Assembly: GCA_965649765.1 (NCBI GenBank)
Contig: OZ287748.1
Coordinates: forward strand, 83,824,001-83,888,000
Reading direction: 5' to 3'
DNA length: 64,000 nt
Source: Bispira polyomma
Taxonomy: Eukaryota
Shown here: in pieces, positions 12,753-24,569 of the stretch
Numbering within the stretch: position 1 is the stretch's first letter
How the letters are laid out: each line of letters begins with the position of its first letter
The notes under the pieces: model-generated
Told to the model about the DNA's origin: nothing
Database searches by the model: none
Seen by the model: the letters and a program-made list of their open reading frames with translations, nothing else
Translations under genes and position numbers: made by a program

Positions 12753-12983
12753 GCTGGATGAAAGGGTTTTTTTAAAAGTGTTTTTACAACCTTTTTACAT
12801 AGTCATGTTTAATTAAATGAGGAAAATATTTTGCCAACGAACAAATTAAATTGCAGGGATTCTTCTAATTTTAGCTGGATAAAAGATATTGTTTTAAAGT
12901 TTTTTTATGACTTTTTCATATAGTCATTTCTAATTTAATGATAAAAAGCACATATTTCGCCTACAAACATATTAAATTGGGGG
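12753..12983 (+). repeat. Diverged ~120-bp direct dimer
   Basis: Two units GCTGGAT.AAAG...ATAGTCAT.T.TAATT.AATGA...ATTAAATTG. Confidence 0.6.
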
Positions 12984-14218
12984 CTTAATTATTTTTTGAA
13001 AAACAATACTTCCAGGTGCTCATTTAAACCATATAATTAAAACTAAAATGAAGATGGGCAAGCTCTGGTCACAGTTTTCTCTATTTAAAACTGTAATCAT
13101 TCTAAAGCTATTAGTTAGAGAGTTTTACCTTCTGGTCACTGACTTTTGTAAATACAAATACATTCCCTCCCCAAAAACTCAAATTATCCAACTCAGTTTT
13201 AATTTAGTGAGAAACAAAGACAGCTTTAATAAATGTTTGGAACTTCCTAAAAATAATTTAAAAAGCTGTTTTATAAACTAATTAAAAACTGATGGGAAAA
13301 AATATTAACATCATGTTTAATTAGAGTGGGGGTTGTTTTGTAATTATTTCTATTGGGGGTTTAAAGGGTATGACTACCCACAAGGATTAAAAAAATATAT
13401 TTAACATCCTGGATCAAGTCAAGGTCACTTCCTGAATTATTTATTATTATGTGATTCCATCTCCAGAAACTTCCATCTCTAAAAAAAACTTTTAAAGAAA
13501 TGTAATTAAAAAACCTTATGCAGTTTTGGTTTGCAACCAGGTAGTCTGCTTCAGAAACTTAACAAATACACCTAATCTTATAATTGTTGCAGCAAAGACA
13601 GACATATGATTGATTGTATTCATATCTTACAAGACAAACACATATATTTTGCTGATAACAATAATTAGAACATTGCTTGAAATCAATCCTATTCCCTTTT
13701 AGTTAAAGAAGACATCTAACGCCACATTGTTGATTTAAAAGACAAACTGACATTACAATGAACAGGATATTAAACTCTATTAGAGTAAGACAGCGTGACC
13801 CTCCCCCCTCCCCCACCACTTCTTCCTGTCCAGTCATATCCCTTCGCTCCTTACAAGTCTTTTTATACCCTGTATGTGTTGTTGCTTGCTACTACTACCA
13901 CTACTGTTCTTGCTGCCACAGCCTTCTGAAGAACACTGTATTAGAAACTCTATTTACTGCAACAGGTCTCCGGGGGAGGAAAAGGTTTAAATTGGCACCC
14001 CATTTGATGGTTCTTCCCGATAAAACCTGCCCTTTCCCGCCAATTTCCCCAATTTAAACAAAACGATATCAGTCCAACCATTTATTCTTGATAGATTAAT
14101 TAAAAAGGAAACATATTTTCCTTTTTTTCCATCTGGTATCTACACACTTAACAAAAGTAACAGATAATAACAATTTAAAATGCCCCTTTGTATAGTAAAT
14201 TTATTATTAAATTCTCAC

Positions 14219-14534
14219 CCATTATCTTCCCTTTGCACTCGGAACTTGCCGTTGGGCTCTTCCTGGAGACAGATCACCCTGTACTTGAGCACCTGCCAGT
14301 AGCAATGGGCTGGTTTCCGACCATTTGTGTCGTCGCCAGCACACGTCACGGAGATGTGGTGATGGATGTTGATGGTTGTCTCGGCAACCGTGATGTTCTT
14401 CTGCTTTCGCCAGGTGTCGCTCTCATCGGCAAATTCTGTATTACTCAGCCACTTCCGGTGTCGCTCCACACCCTCGATAGGGGTCCATAGAAACGACGGA
14501 AATGAGCAGTATCCTGTATCAGCCAGATTAGACT
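14219..14534 (-). CDS. Exon 2: (E)SNLADTGYCSFPSFLW...RVICLQEEPNGKFRVQREDN
   Basis: Polypyrimidine acceptor CTCTTTTCTCCAG|AG, donor GG|GTGAGA, 316 nt, phase 1 in / 2 out; lies within ORF 14215-14601. Confidence 0.9.
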
Positions 14535-14679
14535 CTGGAGAAAAGAGAGGTATTATGGGGTTTTGATTTGACAACAATACACATATAACTGACAATACCA
14601 ATATATCTTATTGGCTATTTCAGTATATATTATTGCTATATTTTTATATTAAACATAACTTAAAACTCATTAAAACCCC

Positions 14680-15305
14680 GGAGCCGTATTTTACTAACAG
14701 ACTTAGCCAAGTCTTAGGCAAAAAAAAAAACAAAGCAGCTAAGCCTAAGTTTTATCTTAGCCAAGAGCTTAACTTTAAGACAGGTCCGTAGTGGGCTTAA
14801 CTATACAGCAAAAAGCCTTAGGGTTTTTACACAACTTTTACAAATAAAATATTGTGAAGTTGCAGTGCATAATAAACTATAAACATTTAACTTTGATATT
14901 ATGATACCAAATAGCAGACAATCCTTACGATAACCGGTGATAATTTAAACAAAAAGTAGTATAATTCTTGACATATTTTTATCATATATTCTTTTAAGGG
15001 GACTTAGACAGTCTTAAGTCTAATTCCAATGAAAGAAAATATTTTTTATTTAATTATTTCTTTTTATTCTGGAAAGTTCATGTAGGCCTAAATAATTATA
15101 TAGTAAATTAGTGTGTGTAAAAATGTAAACAATATTTTGTATTATTGTAAATAGAACAATTTAAATTTAAGACTTTTGACTTTACATAGTCTTAGCTAAG
15201 TCACATTTCATAAATACCATTTTAAGACAAAACTTAGCTAAGACATAAAAGACTTGGCTTAGCCTGAGTTTTGACTTAGTTTAAGACCGTTAGTGAATAC
15301 GGCCC
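14680..15305. mobile_element. MITE, GGRGCCGTATT termini with CTTAGCYAAG subterminal repeats
   Basis: GGAGCCGTATTTTACTAAC pairs with GTTAGTGAATACGGCCCC. Confidence 0.75.
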
Positions 15306-15469
15306 CTGATCTTCTTAAGAATTGGTTGGTATTGGTATTTATTCTCAGCGCATATATCTACCTTCATCTGGTACTTAGAGCACAAATTACCCCTTTCCTG
15401 ACTGTAACAGTAAACTGCATCAGTTACTGTTGAGGATGACCATTTTATCAATGTCCCCAAGGTTCTTTA

Positions 15470-15670
15470 GCCTGCCACTTTGGATAGGACCTAGTGCCAG
15501 AGGACTGTCATTTCACGTGGTCATTCGAGCCACTAGGCAATCACATGTTTACATCTTACCCAAGGGATGTTATTTTATTAAATGAAACTAGTGGCCAGTA
15601 CCAGGAGTCAAACATGGGAACTTCAGATCACCAGACCAACTTCCTAACCACTAGACCATGAGGCACCACG
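15470..15670 (-). mobile_element. Degenerate tRNA-derived SINE; relatives at ~35850-36050 and ~43760-43960
   Basis: Minus-strand head GTGGTTAGGAAGTTGGTC..GTTTGACTCC and CCCTTGGGYAAGATGT motif shared among copies. Confidence 0.5.
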
Positions 15671-16359
15671 ATAAAAAGAATATTTTCTTTCAGATACTAA
15701 ACTCAAAGCATAAAGCTCCATGGTCTACGACATTTATCTTTTGTGCAAAAACAGATGTCAAAACCTATAATTTAGCATACATATTTTTATTTGGTATTTG
15801 GTGGTTCACATGGAAACCTGTCTTTAGAATATTTAAAAGAATAAAAACAATGTAATTGTACAATGGTACAAAATTATATGTGTTTTTTTATTTCGCGGTA
15901 ATTTAGAGTTATTTTTACAGACGATAAGGTTTTTTACATTAGAATTTAAAAGTTTTTTTTTAAACCCCTTTCTTATAACTTTATGTGTATGACAGATGGG
16001 GAATATCTCATGAAGTTTGTTCTAACAATACTTGCTTTGAATTATACTTGATTATTCATATAAAGCCAGAATTTATTGAGACAACCTAATTTTTACTTCT
16101 ATTGCATGCAGGACAAAAGAGGAATAACTTATTTTTTTCTAGACAAAAGCAGAAAATAACACCCATCTCATCAATGGTCTGTTTACATTGGACTTTTTAA
16201 CCCTGGGAATTAATAGTTTCTTACATGCTAGCACAATTGTTCTTCAGGCTAAAGGAATATATTTTTTCTGTAGATGTTGATTAATTTGTGTAACTGCTGG
16301 TGCATAATTGTGTTTAGTGATGCTTCAAGTTACATTTATGAGGATGATGTATTTATTTT

Positions 16360-16538
16360 AGTTTAATGCCTCTTTAAACATGTTTGTGTCACATAACGAC
16401 AGTCAGTTCACAGGGGGGAGGTAAGTCATTCAGCAAGTCTGTTGCCAACATTTCTACATGCATGCCAGAACCGAGATTCAAACCCGGAATGGCAGAGGGT
16501 GGAAGGTGAGTGTGTTACCACTACACCAACTACGCCCC
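16360..16538 (-). mobile_element. Degenerate SINE-like repeat
   Basis: Minus-strand tRNA-like head GGGGCGTAGTTGGTGTAGTGGTAA with B-box GGTTTGAATCTC; (TAAA) tail. Confidence 0.55.
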
Positions 16539-17360
16539 ACACAAATGAGATGTAACAACTAATACCAGGCTGGCATATAAAAATTTACTCCATGACCTTT
16601 GGTTAGTCTCAGTGTGATACTGATCTGAACTGTATTTTTCAGTGTACAACAGGGTAGAAAAATATGTTATTGTGTTGCAGTAATTTTTGTAACCTAAAGG
16701 CCCCATACAGCAGACTGGCTTGGTTTTAGCATTGCCCATATAGGTTCTTTGGTATAGCTGACAGATTTCCATCCAAGAAAATACTACGGAGCCAGTTTGT
16801 GTTTACTTGTCCTGTAACTTTGGTGGTAATTCATATGGCTTTACATCTGGCCTTTAGTAGTTTTAGTTAGCTTTACATCATGTCTCTATCTAGTACCGCT
16901 TAAAGACTCATATAGAACAATCCAGTGGTGTTTCTTTGATTGCAGCACAGTAATGAGTGTTGTTTATTTATAAAAGCTATTGTTTCAGTACAATGAATGA
17001 ATAGTAAGTAATGTATTAAGGAGGCTCTTGTTACTATTTTCTTTGTTCTTATTACTTCATTAGAAACTGTATATAATATAACACATATAGTTAATGTTAT
17101 TAAAAGTAAATGTAATTAAACAGTTTAAAGTAAGTTAAGCATATGAATATTACAAATCATGCAAATGTCATTTAAATTTTATAGTTTAAAAGTAAATACC
17201 ACATTGTTAAGTAAGTAATTATTATCTCAGTAAAAAAGTTAAAAGCAACATGTTTAATAATGAATCTTTTGTAAGTATATGGTATCACCATATTTTTTGA
17301 CAACTATGTTCAAACATATAACATATTTTATCAATGTGTTAGTTTGCTGTTTTATACAAG

Positions 17361-17987
17361 TGTGTGCACTAAGAAACCCTGTTTCCTGTACATCATTCCT
17401 TAGGAATGTAGTCCAAGGTTCTTCCCATATTTACACCTAGGTTTAGCAAAATATGTAATCATGTGACCCTTTCAGCTATCAAAAACTATATTACCCACAA
17501 TCCTATGCAGATCACATGACACCCCATATAAGCCAATGATATCTAAATATTATCAGATAACTGGTTACATGACCATCAACAATTCTGGCTTCCTAGTCAC
17601 ATGACCATCAACAATTCATTCTTCCTAGTCAGATGATAAATCACATGACCCTTGCCAATACTGTGTAAGGCAATGGTTTGATCACATGACAAAGCAATGC
17701 ATCAACATTTACTAAATTACTAAATTTTTGATCATGTGACTTCTATATTAGGTCATTTTACTTATTTTCTATAACCATGTGACCAGTCTTTCCTGTAGAA
17801 TTCCAGAGATTGTAATATCTGTGTGACTAATGGCATGCATGCCAATGTTGTGTATATAAGGAGTAGCACATGCTCTAGAAAAGATATAGAGATATTGTAA
17901 TGTGATGGGATGAGATGAGATAAGCAAAGCATTCTGGGCCTTATGCCCAGAGTCTATAATAAAGAGCCAGTTATATCAGGCCTCACA
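17361..17987 (+). mobile_element. Probable solo LTR
   Basis: TGTG...CACA ends, TATATAA at ~17853, AATAAA at ~17958 about 25 bp before the terminal CA, U3-like repeated TCACATGAC. TSD not clean. Confidence 0.6.
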
Positions 17988-18324
17988 GAAAAGTACCATC
18001 AAGACTTAATATGATAGTATAATTGTTGTTTGTTAAATATTTTTAAGTTTGTTAAAAGGAGAAATATAGTATGATGAAAAAGCTTACAAAATAGACTATT
18101 ATTACTTTGCACTTCAACTGTTGTCAAGTGGTGGAACCCGCCGGAAACACACAACTACCACAGAGCCAATTTTACAAAAACATCTAGAAAAAGACACCAA
18201 AACACCACTTGACAAATGCTGGTATCTTAGTAATACTATATTTCGAAGTACAAAAACTTCTTAGATAAGTTGCTTCAAGTCAATTATATATATTATATAT
18301 CAGTAGTTTCTAATAAATAAGTTA

Positions 18325-18510
18325 GGGGCTCGGTGGGGTAGTGGTGCGTTCGAATCTTGGCCACAGCTTTATGAGAAAGTTGGCAGTTACTTGCTGATGC
18401 CTGGTGGTTTATAGTTAAGAATCTTGACCCACTAGTAATGTACTGCTTTCCCCCACCAGTAAAACTAACCCTCGTCACATGACCTATACAATGTGTTTAA
18501 CTCTAATATA
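18325..18510 (+). mobile_element. tRNA-derived SINE (Meta-like)
   Basis: GGGGCTCGGTGGGGTAGTGGT A-box, GTTCGAATC B-box, body GCTTTCCCCCACCAGTAAAACT. Confidence 0.65.
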
Positions 18511-20901
18511 TTCGTTATACCCAATGGTGTTTCTCTTACAAGCTCTTTGTTAGGGAATGACTACACAGTTAAGACAGTACAAACAGTAGCAATGTAGTTC
18601 CACTGCTCTGCAAACTTTACAGAGTCACCCAACTGGATTTTGAGGCCCAAGAGGAAACCCCAAATCTTAACTTAATTGCATTATCTCTTTTTACACTTAT
18701 TCAATAACATCTTTAGGTCATGGTCTGCATCCAGTGATGCTTTATGGCCAAAAACACCCTGTTTCCCCAATGATATATCTAGATTTACTTGATTGAATAC
18801 CTTTTCAGACATAGAACATATACAGGACTAAATGGAGCAAAACTGATCTGTAGTGTAAACACATCTGTATGTTTCATACAACCCCCACCCCACTCCCCCT
18901 TACACGAACACTGATTGCACGTAATCATCATAATGGTTCCAATGATACACTAAAACTGCCTTTTAATTAAACACCATTATCGACCTTACTTCTCTCTCAG
19001 CATCTGGTTTTCGGGAAAGAGGGGATAATTAGGAAGTTAGTTGGATTGGTAATCCAAAAACTTTGGTTGAAAATGTCGGGGTTTTTGTGTACAGGCAGCT
19101 GGAATTTATAGGGTGAAATTGGGTGGATGCCATGCTTTGATAGAAGCTACAATTAAAACATAGAGATAACTGGGAATGTCTTCTCCAGGAGAAAACTCAA
19201 ACTCAGAGTCAACTCAAATGATGGTTATGTGGACGTCCTTGTACATGGAATAAACCTATACTTGTCAACATTCATTTTAAAGGAGCTTTCAGCATTGAAT
19301 CTAAATATGGAGTCAGATTTTACTTAACTTTACTCTAGCTATCGATTCGAGGACTTCAGATTTAAGTTGGCAGTTGGCGCTTGAGATCTTTCGAGAATAC
19401 ACAGCCACTGATCCATAATATTCAAGTAATTATCTCATAGCTACAGCTATCAAATGGACTATGATATACATGTTTTTACTACAGATGGGAGAAATTCTTA
19501 TATAAAAAAGAGAGAAAACCCAGAATCTTCACTTAATCTTAAACAGATAAATTAAGATTAAACTCGGTAGCCAAGACAGGTCATAGGGTGATTAAAATTA
19601 CATAGAAGTATTTACAAATTAGAATAGCTATTGAGCTAAATATAGACTGTCTTTATCATCTCTTAATGCCAGTATGCTGTAAATCTAGTAACATTGGATA
19701 TGGTATAGGTTTAAGTATAGCTGTTCATTATATATAAGCCATACAAAGGACCTTGTAGTTTTTATAGTACATACATAACCCAATATGTTGGTGCTTGGTG
19801 TTGATGTTTGTGTTGATTTAACTGCCTGCAGTAGTTACCTTGGGGTTATATTGTGACCCCCAAAAAACACATTTTAAAGTTAACCTACACTTGACATATA
19901 GGAGGACACATAACATATGTGATAAATTAATTTTCACATCATATCTTCTCAGTCTCAGAGTCTTAATTTACTTTCATGTTCTTACCTTTTTAATAGAAAC
20001 TTTCTGAATTCGTGTAAAATCCATTTAACAAGACAATTTTTAAAATCCATCAATGTGTTATTTATGTAGTATGTAGTAGCATGTCAGTTGACGTACTTTT
20101 GATATAAACTGTAGGTATTTAATATGAATATATATATATTACTAAAAACTGTCTCAAATATGTAAGTGGTTACAACAAAATATATCACTTGCAAAAAAAT
20201 AAGGTTTGACAATAGTACCACTTGTGGAAGAGATCATATAACATATACATAACGTATGGAACACAGGGGCATTTTATTTTTAATAAGGAAAATCTTTTCA
20301 GTGATATTTAGTATTTCCATAACTGCTACACTGCTGTTCACAATTGATAAACTTGATAAACTGACAAGGTCACCAATAATACCAGTAAGGGCTTTTTGTC
20401 CAGGTCAGTTTTTATATACATGTATTAATACCTTTTCCAAAAATTCGAACTTAACGTTGCTTTATAGTTATGGACTTGTATCCTTGAATTATCGTACATG
20501 TTACATGGTTTTAAATAATGTCATATTGATAACAGTAAACACTATTTCTTTTTTGTAGCAGAGCTGTTAATTTCTGAAAACAAGTTGAGAGATGGTTTCT
20601 AGTATCTATGTCTGTTATTGTAAACTTTACAGTATTGCAAAATTCCTTTGTATCCTAAATAACAAATAATCTTAAAGAACATTCTATTTTTAATAAAAGC
20701 AGTAAAAGTAATATCTTTCAATATTGTTTTGGTCAGTTATTGTCAGCAATTGTTTAATGAGCATGTCTAATAAAGCTTATTTTCCACATTGTAAGAAGTA
20801 ACATGTAATTAACTATACCAATTGAACCAGTTCTGTTATGTAGCATATATGGAAAATATTTTTTTTAAGTTACACCATAAACAACAGCAGCATTACATTA
20901 C

Positions 20902-20974
20902 CTGATATAGTGACTAGAGCCAAGACGTTAAATATTCCTAGATATCCTTGCATTGTAGCCACAAACTTAACCAT
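20902..20974 (-). CDS. Exon 1: signal-peptide-like MVKFVATMQGYLGIFNVLALVTIS
   Basis: GAGATGG Kozak-like start, hydrophobic stretch, donor CAG|GTAATG phase 1 joining exon 2 (G|AG = Glu). Confidence 0.75.
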
Positions 20975-20975
20975 C

Positions 20976-21074
20976 TCATTTCCGGTTCTCCTCCTCACCA
21001 CTAATTTTTGTAATCTCCACACAATACACAGTTGTCACATGGTGTTTACAAGTATTTGTTACCACAGACTCCAT
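20976..21074 (-). other. Upstream ORF, 32 aa (MESVVTNTCKHHVTTVYCVEITKISGEEENRK)
   Basis: ATG at 21074, TGA at 20978-20976, one base before the main ATG (TGA-G-ATG). Confidence 0.5.
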
Positions 21075-21149
21075 TGAATCTACTTAGATGATCTGCTTGT
21101 CTCCTCTGTCTCATCAAATCACTCTCTGCTGATAAGCAGACGACAGAAG

Positions 21150-21240
21150 TAATTGGCGGGAAAATTAATGGCGGTAAAATAAAAACCACTCTAACTGAAT
21201 GGGTGTGGTTGAAGCAAGGAGGCGGCTTAAGACACCACTT
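21150..21240 (-). promoter_or_regulatory. Proximal promoter with E2F-type sites
   Basis: TTGGCGGGAAA (21153-21163), ATGGCGGTAAA, GGGTGTGG (KLF/Sp-like) and GGAGGCGG just upstream of exon 1. Confidence 0.5.
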
Positions 21241-21499
21241 CCGAATGACGAAAAATAGGCAACAAGGTTACAACTAAACAATAATGTGTCTGTTACTATT
21301 AAAGTGTGTAGATGGATGTTTGATGTATCACCTTCTGTCAATGAATTGTTATATCTGAATGTGCTACTTTAAATCCATAAGAAGTTGTGGTTTAGAGTTT
21401 AAAAGCTGTGGAATTCCTTTTGGCTGACATAACTTCTGTATTTATCAAAAGTTTTTAAACTTATGCTCCTGTTTAAATTCAATTTATAAATTCCTTTAT

Positions 21500-22800
21500 A
21501 AAATGGTAATAACCAAGGCAAGTTACCATTTATTAAATCTACTGAGATGATCTGAGGAACTCAAATATATGTAGTCAAATTTTAGATGTCTACACTAGGA
21601 TAAACGGCAGAGTTTAAAATTATTGTGAGTTTTAGACCTTTGATAAATAAGGGTCCCTGGTAATTATGTAGGAAGAGGGTAAAATGTATATTCAGCTGTA
21701 CTGGTTCTCAAAAGTAACCACTCATATAATATACTAGTGAGCCGATTGGTATTGATGGGTAGACTATCATCTTCTCAATTGTCTTCTTTCGTTGTGTGCC
21801 TTTTTATGGTTTTGTAATGTCTATAAAGCTATGTGCTTGACAAAGCTTGTAATCAGAAGCCACAATAAAATAATTTAGGTATATTTGTGTGTGCTTTATG
21901 CAGTTACTATTATCTAGTAATATGGTATTTTAACAAATTTATCCATTTCATGTTAATTCATCAGTTTAATCCACACCTATATATATCTATATTTTTTTAT
22001 TATTTTATTGAATGGCATGTATTAGAAAATCAAAACAAGAATAATTATCACATCAACGCCCAGTCCCCAAAAGACACTTCAAACATTTCTCTGTGGTGTG
22101 ACAAAGTACAAAAATTACAAAGTTTGAGGCAAGCAAAATAAAAACATATTTTAATGTAAACCCTTGCTCTTGCATCTCAAAACTATTAAAAGGCATAGCA
22201 TTATTCTCCTTATACAACAAAACATATCACCTTCGTCTAGCAACTAACAAAAACAGTTGGGAACAGGAGTGAGACCCAAACTTAGCAAAATCTATCCTGT
22301 ATTGCTTTGCAAATTAAAGACACAGTCCTACATATACACTTATGTTAATGCAGCATGTCACATATCTTACTATACAGCCAGCCCATCATTGCCAAAATTT
22401 AATCCAGTCACGAAAACCTAACTACACTCAATTTACATGAATTCAACGACACTTTATATCAATTTAATGTACACTAAATCAGTTTAACAAGATTCTGCAT
22501 CCCATAAAATCCAAATATCCAGTTAGATTTGAACTATATCCAATGTATATCTTACTTTAACTTAAAGCTTCTGTTTTACAACACTGTGGATCCTACTAAA
22601 TTCCTTTCAAGTCCAGTCTTCACTCCCGCCAACAAAGGAAGGTTACAGTAATATTACTTAATCTTTTGCTCCGTTATGACATATAAACTATTACCATAAC
22701 TATTCACCCCCAGACTTTCCTCACTTGTATCACTTTAATGATACCAGTGCTCTTTGAATCTGCTGACTTTCTACATAAAATGTATCCAGTTACAAACACC
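21500..22800. mobile_element. Highly degraded LINE remnants (+ strand ~21500-21875; - strand ~22050-22800)
   Basis: LINE-like 3' end ...AAGCCACAATAAAA and broken RT-like frames with many stops; family not assigned. Confidence 0.3.
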
Positions 22801-23686
22801 CCCCTGATTACAAAGAGCATACACTCGTCAGCCAATGAGGGATCTACAGTTTATAGGATTGTTGCTCCTCAGTCTTGTAATGGTTTTTAAGAACCAAAAA
22901 AAGGGGACCATATCTGCAAAACTTGGCATGAAAACGATAATGATCCAAAAGAAACTGGCTGGCTGTTTAGTTCTAATTCAATCTGCAGCCGGTTGGCTTG
23001 CATCAAATAGACATGGGCTTAGTGGCTTTAAAAAGAAACAACTCCACTCAATTAGGGATCTGATAGATATTGCAGGAGGGGTGGTCATTTCTTTATGCAG
23101 TAACATGATATGAATCCAGATTAATGGAGAGTGTGTCTTTTGTCGACAGAAAAGGTGTGTAATGTGTAATAAAGGGTGCTTAAGAATGTTATCTTTAGTG
23201 TAAAGTTGAATTACAAATGTACAATGTCCTCTAAATTTTAAATACCTTATTTTGTAATATATAAATCCAAGTAAATTCATTTGCTGAGTGTGTAGCAGTT
23301 GGTCATTTAGCAACAAAAGAAACTTTCTATAGCTATGTGCTTAATTTAAATGATTAATATGATCGTATCTATATTATATTTGGAAGCCCTTCCCTGAGTA
23401 TTGTTTTCCATGTTATTCAGCTTGATAGTTGACATAATGATAGCTTCACTCCGTATATAGTCTTTGGAATTATAATGTTAAGGGTTATCCTGTCCCTTTT
23501 CTCCTTTTCTAGTCAAAATTCTTTGGAATCCACTTTTCACAAAAAAAGTTATCAGGAACTTCATGAGGGGTATTGTTAGATTCAGATTTGCCATTTTCCA
23601 AACATGTTTATTAGTGTGACTGTCTCTCAATATATCTATCATCTCTTATACTATTATATTCATGGTATTATACATTTATATTATAG

Positions 23687-24455
23687 TGTTACATATAAGG
23701 ACATTGTGGTATGTTAAAGCACTCTGCTAGAGTGATCTATTTATAGATTTGGGGAAACCCCTAAGCTTCTAGAAGCGGTTTCTATTTTGTTTCTGTTATT
23801 AAAGTTGTGTTCATAGGTATATCTTATCTCTGGAATGTTCTAGCGATTGCTTACATATTCTAGAGCCTTCTCTAGCAGTTGTATATATAATGGTTGACAG
23901 CCTGGCCACAGACCAGGGTTAATTGAGTTGGGGTGCTATATGAACTGCTATATTGTGAAACATTTTATTTCTTTTCCTGTGGATATAAACTGATTACTAC
24001 ATATGTTTTTGTGGTGAACTCATTGGAGTGAACTAGATAAAAGTTGTGGATCTACCAGAGATTGGATTTACTGCATATTGGATATTTTTGCATCCTGGAC
24101 TGGATAGCTTAGTTGTGCAGACTCTCTGGATTTTTACATTTTGTGTTCGTGGACACTGAACGGATAACAGGATACAGGCATTGTGTGGACATTGAGCAGA
24201 TCTCAAGACAGATTGCTGGATACAGTGGACAAACTTGTTTAATTGTTATTTATGTGGACAGGACTGTGGTCAGGTCAGATTGGTTTCATTATTGTATTAT
24301 TGTGTGAACTATTAAGGGTATCTCAGTTGACTGTAATTCTGTAATTGTTATTGTATTTGTTAAATAAATTTGTTAAGTGAAACTTTTTGTCTTTTCCTGT
24401 TACAACCTCAAAGCAACCGGTAATTGCTACCTCACTTGCTCCCATGACCGTAACA
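23687..24455 (+). repeat. 5' LTR (769 bp)
   Basis: About 20 substitutions and 2 indels versus the 3' LTR (manual count); TATATATAA ~23883, AATAAA ~24363. Confidence 0.97.
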
Positions 24456-24462
24456 GGAAAAT

Positions 24463-24483
24463 TGGGGGCTCGTCATCCAGGAT
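24463..24483 (+). promoter_or_regulatory. Primer-binding site for tRNA-Pro
   Basis: TGGGGGCTCGTC matches the first 12 nt of the canonical tRNA-Pro PBS TGGGGGCTCGTCCGGGAT. Confidence 0.85.
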
Positions 24484-24569
24484 CTAACCATTTGATCTAA
24501 CTATTTTTATAGCTTTTTGAAAAATCATTTATTTTGTTTGAAAATATATTACAGTCAACAGTGCTCAAA

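Noticed and set aside
22835-23113. 92-aa ORF with hydrophobic N-terminus and cationic body (antimicrobial-peptide-like)
   Set aside because: No recognisable family, splice or poly(A) support; an ORF this size can arise by chance
24113-24307. 64-aa ORF repeated at 29909-30103
   Set aside because: Lies inside both LTRs, TTG start, no domain
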